A DNA stretch of 64,000 nt from Paraspadella gotoi (lineage: Eukaryota; Animalia; Chaetognatha). The notes below the pieces were generated by a model that saw nothing but the letters and a program-made list of their open reading frames with translations, did not search any database and had not been told where the DNA came from. Every line of letters begins with the position of its first letter. Position 1 is the stretch's first letter. The translations under genes and the position numbers were made by a program. The stretch is from contig CM119267.1 in the NCBI GenBank assembly GCA_051294375.1, forward strand, positions 19,540,307-19,604,306, given 5' to 3'. Positions 1-10,909 of this stretch are shown here, one piece after another.

Positions 1-47
1 AAAGTTATAAAAAAGTGTTCAATTTTGCCCGCCTTATTGGACAAGAT

Positions 48-970
48 GAGAGAACTTCTAGTTTTCAACCTGTTCCGGCCTATTGTCCAATGTCCATTGA
101 ACCTTGGCCTAAAGATTGTGAAATCGAAAAGTATAATTCAAGATTGGTAAAATTAATTTTACAACGACATGGAAAGCCGTTACAAATTCCTTCGTGTTTA
201 TTCGACAATAAGTACGAAGCAGTTTAACCCACGAAAAAAAAAGTTGTTTGAAAATTACTGAATCTCCTTTGGGAAAATTCGGGTGGTAAAAAATACAAAA
301 TTTCGTATTTATAAACAATTTACCAAAAAAATTCCCCACAAAAAAAAACAACCCCAAAAAAAACAGTAAAAACATCCTGACGCGGCGCAAAAAAAAAAAA
401 AAAGAGAGAGAGAAAAAAATGATAAGGACGAAATAGGGACAGAAGAACGACGGGGATAAAAATCGCCTCCGCGAGAAACGTTTCAAGGACCCAGTTCGGG
501 CGATTGACATGGGGTGGGGGCGGGAGGGTCAAGAACGTGACGATGTGGAAAGGGTGGGGGGGGGCGGAAAGTGGAGGCGAGGCAGGACCGTACGGGTGGA
601 CGGCGAGGTGGCGAAATTTTGGGTTGGAGAGTGGGCCATCGATCGGGGATGGTTGCCCGTTTTCGAATGCTGGGCGAAGAGGGGGAATTTTTTTTTTTGG
701 TAAATGTTATAAATACGAAATTTTTGTATTTTTATACCACTCGAATTTTTCCAAAGGAGATTCAAGTAATTTCAAAAACAACTTTTTTTTTTCGTGGTTA
801 AACTGCTTCGTACTTATTGGTCGAATAAACACGAGGAATTTGTAACGGCTTTCCTGTCGTGTAAATTATTACCAATCTTGAATTATACTTTTCGATTTCA
901 TCAATCTTTGCATTCAATGACATTGGACATAATAGGCCGGAACAGTTTGAATAACTAGAAGTTCCTCTCA
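48..970. repeat. Fold-back: ~290 bp inverted arms 48-337 and 681-970
   Basis: GAGAACTTCTAG...AATTCCCC is the reverse complement of GGGGAATT...CTAGAAGTTCCTC, with small indels. Confidence 0.9.
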
Positions 971-1039
971 AATAATAATGATAAAGAACGTTAGAGTATA
1001 TGAAATAATAATTAATATTATTTATAAAGCGCACGGAAG

Positions 1040-1370
1040 CATTTAAAAGATTATTTATTAATATAAATTATTTTTTGAATTTTTCATTTTTTTAATGGAT
1101 TCATAGAGCTTTAAAAGTTAATAGTTATTAATGATTTTTAAATTTTGTAGCAATAAAATTTTTGTAAATATAAAAACTTCATAAAATCATCAATGATATG
1201 ATTATGATGATGATTTTTAAGTTTTTTCTTTTTAATCAATTTCTGTCAAAATTTAAAAAATTGAGTACTAACTTTCATTTAACTTTTCAGCTTATGAATC
1301 CGTTCTTAGAAAACTAATTTTTAAAAAAATAATTTTTGTTCATTGTTATATATTAATAAATATTTAAAAA
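1040..1370. mobile_element. Imperfect AT-rich palindrome (MITE-like)
   Basis: GGATTCATAGAGCTTTAAAAGTTAA (~1097) pairs with TTAACTTTTCAGCTTATGAATCC (~1279); centre near 1200. Confidence 0.45.
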
Positions 1371-2744
1371 GTCAGTGCAACAACCCCAATGAACTAATTC
1401 AAAAAGTTGCATTGAAATCGATTGAGTAAAGAGAGAAAAAAGGATTTTTTTGGAGAGAATTAAAAGTTATAAAAAAGGTTCAATTTTGGCCCGCCTATTG
1501 GACAAGGTCTTCTTCAACGATCATTTTATCTATTGAACCGGGAATTCTATGAACGCCTTCGTTCACGAACTCATATTGAGACTCACGAACTCCTGGGAGT
1601 AATTCACGAACTTAGGACTGAGTTTCACAAATTGGGGAGTGAGATCACAAACCCAGACGTGAGTTTCAGGGAAGGGTCCGACGCTTTTAATGACTCCGAC
1701 CAACAAGACTTTTTTTCCTCCGAAGGGAAAGAAGTAATCTGGGGTCACAACCGAGAATCTGCGTTCCTTCTCGTAGGTTGTGTTGGGGAAACTCAACTCG
1801 GTATGTTTGTTGACGTCTTCGTGTCGTCGTCGTCGTCGTCGTCGTGTCGTTGTTTTTTCATAGCGAATGTCATGTGTGTGTGGTTCGAGCGAAACTAAAA
1901 ATCGAACCACGAATGAATAAAAATAATTCCGTTCTTTTAATTATTCCTCACTGGAAACCACACGCGTTTACTCAGATATAGTTAAATAAAAACACACTCT
2001 TGGATGAAATAAATATAACAATACAAAAAAAAAAACCCATATAAATTATTAATACGATAGCTACTTTCTTTATCTTTGTTTTTTGTACCATTTCTAAATT
2101 GAAAAAAGAAAGACGGTGACCGTAAAGATGACATGAATGAGTATTTATTGTAGCGACTTTTTAAACCCCGTTACGTACAACCAAAAAAGCCAACTTGTTC
2201 GAAACGGAAAGGGATTTAAAAACTGTCTCGATCTAAAGAAACCTGTCGAGCGAAAAAAGCGGCCACAAAACCCGCGCCAGCTACGAAGGGCGTCCGAGCG
2301 CGAATTGGAAAGGGGTCGCGCGATCAACGATCTTTGCGCTCATTCATTCTGAGTTTTCGAGTGTGGGGGGGAAATCTATTCATTATGCGGTTTATCATAC
2401 CAGTAATTGATCATTTTGATTTAGATTTAATCATTTGGCTTGATTATTTTTTGGTTTTCGTTGTGTACTAAGGATTTGGATATATACTTGTGTAATTTTG
2501 AACTGTTTGTTATTTTAGTTTGTACTTTGAGCTGTTAGTTGTTTATTTCAGTTTCAGCTTGCATCGCTTGATTCATTGTTTGTCCGGCGGTCGCTTCATT
2601 TGTCTTCTTCTTTGGGATGGTCACGGTATAGGGCGTGTATAAAACCTTTACCGCGCAATTTTTTTGATCCATGATCAGAAAGGTAGGTAAGAAAAAGGAG
2701 TTCTAAGAAAGGTAAGGTCTAAGTAGGAAAGGAGAAAGTTTTAA

Positions 2745-2826
2745 GCGCTTAAGGTTAGTAATGGCCTAAGGGGCAAGGCTAAGCTTAAGGCTAAGGCTTA
2801 AGGCTTAAGGCTTAAAGGCTTAAGCG
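2745..2826 (+). repeat. (TTAAGGC)n telomere-like heptamer array
   Basis: CTTAAGGCTAAGGCTTAAGGCTTAAGGCTTAAAGGCTTAAGC; reverse copy at ~15569-15651. Confidence 0.75.
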
Positions 2827-3059
2827 GTAAAACGGATTTAGATAAAAGAAAAACTCGTCTGTGGAAAATATCAATAGTGGTCGGCGTATCATTCGAGGAA
2901 AATCGATGTTTTAAAGTAAGTCCATATCATAAACGATCCCTAAAAGGAACGATTGCGTGTTAGTAAAACCAGATATTCTTAGCTAATAAAGCATAAGAAG
3001 AAGTATTCATATAATAGAAAACAAATAGACTTCCCTGACAAAAGAAAAGAAAAAAAAAC

Positions 3060-4075
3060 ATGGACTCCTGTCCAATTTCGACCTCGAATATACATGTCTC
3101 GGCGACCGGGTATAGTGAGGAAACCTGGGATTGTCGACAGGTGCTCGTTGTCCTGTCGGTTAACGCCGATCTTAAAAGGTTTGGATCTATTATCTCGGCT
3201 TCTGGCAAATCGCCAGGTATTATTAGACATTTCATGAGGATATCCTGAGCATCCGACGTCTGATTTTGTACCGTCATGATTTTGTCCGTACTTCGGTGTT
3301 TTCGTCGATCGATCTTCGGTGACTCGTCGCTTGTCTGAAAGTTTTATCGCCTTATTCGTTGCGTCTTATAGCGTGTCGCCTACTGTTATAGTCTAGCAGT
3401 ACTCGGATCGAATTGCTCATTGCCGTTAAGTATTTTTACGGTCATTGTTTCAGTTTCGATGCGTTCTTGCGCATCCTTGAGCTCGTCTTTTGTATCCGTC
3501 GATTTTTTTTCCGGCCAGGTCGTTTAGTAGCGTCATTGGTCTTCCTCCGTACGAACTAGCTGTCAGAATCATGTTTTCTTTCATGGCATTTTCGCGTCTC
3601 TTATTCCCGACTTTATACTAATGCGGACATCAAATTTGTCATCGGGGTTCTGTGGTGATTTAATCGTCTTGGCATCATGAGTCAGAAACTCGCTCTTTTT
3701 ATAACTTTTTTTATCGCTCTTTTCGCTCTTTAGTCTCCTCCTTAACTAGCGCAGAGTCAATTTTGTCATCTTCTTGGATTCTTTGTCCGCCGTCTTTTTC
3801 GGGACATATTTTAATTAGAACTCATCGGAAGTATCGCCGGTGAACTCTTTGTCATCAAAACTGTTTTTTTTATCGATCTTTGCGTACCGTCTTGCTTCCT
3901 CCTTTAGACTAAAGCGCAGACGTTCAATTTTGTCGTCTTCGTTGTCGGGGCGGTCGTTTTTCTTCTCCTTCGTCCGTCGGTCATCGTTCGCAGAAGCGAA
4001 TAAAAGGCAGAATAATTCGGGGTCTAATGAAGACCTCCGACAAGAATACGAGAAAAGGGCACGGTACCGCGCGGC
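3060..4075 (-). pseudogene. Coding-like K/D/E-rich segment broken by frameshifts (possibly sequencing errors)
   Basis: Minus-strand pieces DKIERLRFSLKEE and MTLLNDLAGKKIDGYKDELKDAQERIETETMTVK; complex sequence amid low-complexity DNA; no family recognised. Confidence 0.3.
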
Positions 4076-7000
4076 GGTGAGGAGATGAAAAAAATAAGGC
4101 GGAAGGTTGGGAAGAGGAGAAAGAGGGAAAATGGGAGGAAGAAGAAAGAAAAAGGAGGAAGGAAATGAGAAAGGAAGAATAAAAGAAACAGAAAAGGAAC
4201 AGAGCAATGGGGTAACCGGAGGAAAGATAAAGTGATAAAAAGAAAAGGAAAAGCGGACAAAGGAAACAGCGAAATAACAGAAAACCGAAAAGAACAGCCA
4301 AAGGAAAGACGAACTGGAAAATAAGAAAATGGACAAAAAAAACGACAGGAAGCAAGAACAAAAAGAAAATAGAATAAAGATCAAGAGTAAAAAAAAACCA
4401 AGAACATGGGGCAAAAATAGGAGGAAAAAACTAAGTGACGAACGAATCAGTTAAAATGGGTTAGAAAATAAGCAGAGATAGGACAGCGAAAGAGTCAAAA
4501 AAAAGAAAAAAAAAAAAGAAAGGAAAGTGAGAAGAGGAAACGGCCTCCCTATATGTCGTCATTATATGTTGTTCCTGAAACGAGCGGCGCATATTAAAAA
4601 AAAAAAAGAACAAAGGCAGTTATAATCGAGGCGTAAAAAAGAGAAATTTTTTCTCGAAAAAAAAAAGTAAAATAAATCACAATTTTCTCTTGGCGTGTGA
4701 TTTCTATCGTGCTTTTTTTGTTGTGAACGATGATAGACGATTTTTCCGATATACTTATTTTTTTTTTTAAATTTTCGAAGAAAGATGGGAAGGCATTGAC
4801 GAGGGGAATATATATTGGATCAGTGGGTTTCGATGGAGGGGAAAAGATAGAGAATTGAAGAGAAAAGAAAAATTAAAGGACTACAATGAAAAATGAAGAC
4901 CAAAAATAATAAAAATTTCTTGTTAAATTACTTAAATATAAAATACATCATTGGGAGAAATCAAAATTTAAATATTAAGAATTTGGCGAATCAGCGGCTA
5001 GCGTCGCCACAATATTAGAATCTTAGAGAGGGAATATATAAAAAAAGTATTTACTACCGTTAGTTTGCATCCTGTCTTCTTTTTTGTTTCACATCTTCTC
5101 TCAATGTCAAAATACTAAATCCCTTTTCACGCGCAGCTTCTTTGTGTTAAGATCGTTGATTCAGCCATTTTCTTTCAATACTGTCCTTTGGCAATGATGT
5201 TTTTCATCTTTTTTTCCATTTTTTTCCCAGCTTACTTTCGTGTTTTGTTCGTTTTCTTTTTTTTCTCTTCGTCTCCATGCGGTCGATGCACACTTTCTTT
5301 CGCAGCGACAACAGATTCGCGGAAAGCAAGATTCCGGTGTCAGGCACGATTCCGCCCGGAACCGATCCGACGCTGCCCAGTCACCGCCGCCGCGCACTAC
5401 CGCGGTCGCCGCCAGTCCACACGCGCCTCCTGCCGCCGCTCGGCGCTGCCCACCGTCCCAGCCGCACGCACCGGACCGCACGCCGCCGCGCCGCCTCCGC
5501 AACTCACCCTCACGAACAGACAACATGCCGTACCGGATAAGGTAAATTCGCCATGTACATAGACTCTTAACACACCTCAAACTTCTCGTCCCGCCATGTC
5601 GTCTGTCTCGTCGGATCCGTCTCGTCGTCGTCCGTGTTCGTCGCGTCACGCTGTTTAATATGATGCTGAATTACCCGTTATGCGTCGCCCTTCCGTAGGG
5701 GGACGCAACCTGATCGAAGTCGAGCGAAAATTAAAAAAAAAATTTAGCGGAAATTAAACTTTTTTTCTGTCCAGTGAAATTAAAATGACGAAATAAAAAG
5801 ACGAGGAGAGAAAGAAAAAATATAAGAAGGAAATCGTTTTCAAAAAGAAGAATATGTTAATATTTTGTGAGATTATTCGTCAAATTTGTATGGGTCATCA
5901 TCTGTATCGATAGGATGGAAGCGATAGGGACCAGCGCGATAGCAGTCAAACTTTAATTGATTCATCATATAATATTTCTATATATTTAGTATTTATCATT
6001 TGATTAGAAGAAAGATGAACTCGCTTAAAAATAAAAAGATAAAGCAATATTGTACTCCTTTACAGATAAAGCGTTTTAAACGAATACTTCATTTGTTTTT
6101 CGAATCAAACTTAAGGTGTGCAGCCTCAGTGATTTCGTCTTTTCACATTCGTCGCTTGAAAAGGACCGACTCCATTTTTGACGAAGGCAAATCCTTTTTT
6201 TGACGGAGGAAATCATTTGGCCGAATCCAGTTGTCGTGAGATCGTGCTGCCCCATCTTTGCCTTCCCCGACCATTTTTTTTTTTGAGCCGGGGTCTTCAG
6301 CGCCGCGGAATTTGACACGATGGACAAAAATGACAAAGTGGACAAAGTGACACCGTGTACACGTGGACAACATTCTTCAAGTCGTATCCTTCTTTCCCTC
6401 CCTTTTTCCTCTCTCTCCACTCTCTCTCTTCGCTCTGGAACGAAAAAATTATTTTGGGCGAAGCGTTCTGGGATTATTTTTTTCTCTTTGTTAGTTCTGG
6501 TTAAATATGCAACCAAAATATCTGCATGTGACACGTGCAAAGTTCACTTTGGTCGTTTAGTTATCCTCTAAAAGTTCGTTTTTGGATAGTATTTTTTCCT
6601 TCTTCTTTACTTTCTTCTTTTCATTTCCTTTCTCTGCTGCCTTCCTCTCTCTCTTCTCTCCTCATCTCTCTCTGCTCTCTCTCTCTCTCCTCTCCTCTAA
6701 CTCTCCTCTCTCTCTCTCTACTCTCTCTCTCTCTCTTCCCCGTATTTCATCCTCTCTTCTCTCCCTGTCTCTTCTCTCTCTCTCTCTTCTATTCTCTCTC
6801 TCACTCCCCGTTATTCTCCCTTTCATTTCTCTCCCGTTAACCCCCTTCTTTTCCTCGTCAACCTCTTTTCCCTCCCTCCCTCCCATTACTCTTCCCCCCA
6901 CCGCTCCCTCCACTCCACCGCAAAGAAAAATTTCTTTTTCTTTTCCCATATTTTTGAAACCTTGGCCATATTGGTTCCCAAACCGGATTCGCCCCAACAG

Positions 7001-7442
7001 CGTTTTCCGCTTCGACGCTCCTACCTCCCAATCTTGGAATAAAAAAAATAAGGAAAAAAATAAGGAAAAATAAGAAAAGAAAAAATAAATCCAAGAATAT
7101 AAAAACTTTTCGCGGAACCAATTTTTTTTTTGTTTTTGTGCCTTAAAAGAATTTGCGGAAATTGTCATTCTTGCGCGGTGGAGGTGAAAGCTTTAGAAAA
7201 AAAAAGTTTGAAATGAAGTTATATTTAAAAAAAAAAAAAAAAAAGAAAGTAAAACCGCGGGGCGAAACAGAAAACATTTTCATGTCGACATAAAAAAGTA
7301 GTGTACATCGAGAAAAGGAAGAGGCGTTGATCTTTAAAAATTTGTTACTTTAATTTCGTGTAATTGGGAACGTAAAACCTGATGGCGATGGGATCAAGAT
7401 CCTCCAGGAGAATGAGAGAGAGAGATGAGAGAGAGACGAGAG

Positions 7443-7484
<42 letters not shown>

Positions 7485-8853
7485 AGAGAGAGAGAGAGAG
7501 AGAAGAGAGAAAGAAACGGTTGCCGTGACGACGAGATAAAGAAAGAGAAAAATAGAGGTGAGACTGGATCGGAAAATAAAAAAAAAGGTTGAAGGGTTGA
7601 GGAGGAGCATAGGAAGAGGAGGAGGAGAAGAAAGAGACTGACGGGAGGGAGAAGGATTAGGTCAGAGCCCTTATTCGACTAGTTCGACTACCTCAAACGG
7701 TACAAGAATCTGATTTCTGATTAATTATCATGTCTCCCATCTCTATTTAAATGACCTCTGTTTTATTTCGGCAATCTATTTTCTCCTCCTCTACTCTCCA
7801 CTTACTTCCTCCTTATTATGAATTCATTACGGAAAAAGACTACCAATTCATCTTCAGAACAAAAGATACGGAACAAATTTCATACGGTGAATTCAATGCA
7901 TGAATATTCATTACACTAAAATTAAACGGGTAAAGAAATATAAAGAAACAATCTTTTGGTAATGGTCACAAGTCATTAATTGGATTCGTGAGTTCTTTTG
8001 TCAGTTTTATTTTTCATTTGATTCATTCTCAATTCATTTATGAATCAGTTGATGAGATCGTTTAGAGACAAATTATTTAGTTGAATTTATAAATGAATTC
8101 TCCCATTGCAGTATTACATGGGAAACTATCACGATGGGATGAGACTGAAGTTTCCTTGCTCTTTAAGGTGAACATGTACTAAACCAAAACGGTTTAAAAG
8201 AATGAATTCACTTTTCAGATTCATCTTAAATTCATACTCGAGACCAGTTTGAAATTTTTAAAAAAAACAATAATCAATTTTTGTGAAATTGATTTAATCG
8301 CATTGATTTTATTTACGTTTTTTGCCAGTTTTTATATAAAGTATTTTAAATAACATGGATGAAGTATAATCGCACATATAGTTCTTTAAAAAAACAATGG
8401 ATTGAAAATTAGATGACGAAAATATAGTGATGCGAAAAAGAAGAAACAAAGGAAATTTGTTTTATGATCATAAAATGATCACTTTCTGTTATCTTCATTA
8501 TGAATCATTAATTAAGAAAATTTGTTTTTAATTGAATTCAAAACATTGAATTCACTTTCTGTTATTGTTTTTTATTTTATTTTTTCAAAAATTGCTTCTT
8601 TTGGGGTAACCACCTAATTAAAAAATATTATTACTTATAAGCAAATTTTTTTTTTAAATCTTAATTTTTTTGATAGAATGAAGGCACAAAAAGTAAACAG
8701 ATATAATTACAATGAAAATATAAAAAACGATAAAATCTCAAAAGATGATGATGATTTTATGGTTTTTCCTATTTTGTACACTTACGTAAAATAATATTAA
8801 AAAAAGAATTTTATACTTTGTGTAGGCANNNNNNNNNNNNNNNNNNNNNNNNN

Positions 8854-9540
8854 TTGTTTTTTTTTTTATTATTCGATCCAGACACTGTTTACTGTTTTTT
8901 TCGATCCGACATTTTTCTGCCAGGCTGCGTTTTCATTTCGGAGTCGTCGGGTTTTTTTTTTCTGTTGCTTGTTGTTGTTGTTGTTGTTGTTGTTGAAGAT
9001 CGAGATGCTTGACTTTCTTCTGGGACTACATTCGTTTCAGTTTGAGTCTACTGACTATCTGTTGTGGATGCTGAGGCCTTTGCCCTCTCCAACTGCAATA
9101 TACAGTTTGAATTTTTACTATGATTTCGGTTTGTTTATTTTTTTCTTACGTTTTCTTTTATTGAACTCCCTTTTTCGTCTGCTGCACTTTTTGGCCTCGA
9201 CAGTTTTATGTCTTACTTCCCAGTTTATCTCTTTTCTCTTTTGTTAAGAGCTTCTTTCGTCGTTATACGTTCCAATGTATTCCATTGTATTCAATTGTAT
9301 TTGTTGGAACACAATTCGCCCCTTTTGTTCATTTATTTTTATTCCAATGCCTTTTTTCACCTCCTTTGCTATTTTGCTTCTTTTTTTTTTAAACTACGAG
9401 TTATATTCCCAGAGTCTCCATCTGTGGGTCTCTCGCGGTTTTCTCTTACAGTCTTGAGTTGATTTCTTTCTCTCGCTGTCTTCGTTTGTCTGTTTGAGGT
9501 TTTTTTAGTCGCGCCGCGAGTACTCGCGGAGCAACTCTAT
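8854..9540 (+). repeat. Direct duplicate of ~18060-18776
   Basis: Shared sequence from CCAGACACTG through (GTT)n to GAGCAACTCTAT; the 18 kb copy has extra indels. Confidence 0.9.
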
Positions 9541-10873
9541 TGCCTACACAAAGTATAAAATTCTTTTTTTAATATTATTTTACGTAAGTGTACAAAATAG
9601 GAAAAACCATAAAATCATCATCATCTTTTGAGATTTTATCGTTTTTTATATTTTCATTGTAATTATATCTGTTTACTTTTTGTGCCTTCATTCTATCAAA
9701 AAAATTAAGATTTAAAAAAAAAATTTGCTTATAAGTAATAATATTTTTTAATTAGGTGGTTACCCCAAAAGAAGCAATTTTTGAAAAAATAAAATAAAAA
9801 ACAATAACAGAAAGTGAATTCAATGTTTTGAATTCAATTAAAAACAAATTTTCTTAATTAATGATTCATAATGAAGATAACAGAAAGTGATCATTTTATG
9901 ATCATAAAACAAATTTCCTTTGTTTCTTCTTTTTCGCATCACTATATTTTCGTCATCTAATTTTCAATCCATTGTTTTTTTAAAGAACTATATGTGCGAT
10001 TATACTTCATCCATGTTATTTAAAATACTTTATATAAAAACTGGCAAAAAACGTAAATAAAATCAATGCGATTAAATCAATTTCACAAAAATTGATTATT
10101 GTTTTTTTTAAAAATTTCAAACTGGTCTCGAGTATGAATTTAAGATGAATCTGAAAAGTGAATTCATTCTTTTAAACCGTTTTGGTTTAGTACATGTTCA
10201 CCTTAAAGAGCAAGGAAACTTCAGTCTCATCCCATCGTGATAGTTTCCCATGTAATACTGCAATGGGAGAATTCATTTATAAATTCAACTAAATAATTTG
10301 TCTCTAAACGATCTCATCAACTGATTCATAAATGAATTGAGAATGAATCAAATGAAAAATAAAACTGACAAAAGAACTCACGAATCCAATTAATGACTTG
10401 TGACCATTACCAAAAGATTGTTTCTTTATATTTCTTTACCCGTTTAATTTTAGTGTAATGAATATTCATGCATTGAATTCACCGTATGAAATTTGTTCCG
10501 TATCTTTTGTTCTGAAGATGAATTGGTAGTCTTTTTCCGTAATGAATTCATAATAAGGAGGAAGTAAGTGGAGAGTAGAGGAGGAGAAAATAGATTGCCG
10601 AAATAAAACAGAGGTCATTTAAATAGAGATGGGAGACATGATAATTAATCAGAAATCAGATTCTTGTACCGTTTGAGGTAGTCGAACTAGTCGAATAAGG
10701 GCTCTGACCTAATCCTTCTCTCTCTCAGCTCTCTATTTGTCATTCTCCTCCTCCTCTCCTATCCCTCTCCTCAAACTCCTACTTTTTTTTTATTTTTCGA
10801 CCAGTCTCACCTCTATTTTTCTCTTCTTCTATCGTCGTCGTCACGGCAACCGTTGCTCTCTCTCTTCTCATCT

Positions 10874-10909
<36 letters not shown>

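Larger units (their letters stand above)
338..8828 (+). repeat. Left arm of ~8.5 kb inverted duplication
   Basis: Reverse complement of 9541-18058; e.g. ...TTATACTTTGTGTAGGCA (ends 8828) vs TGCCTACACAAAGTATAA (starts 9541). Confidence 0.95.
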
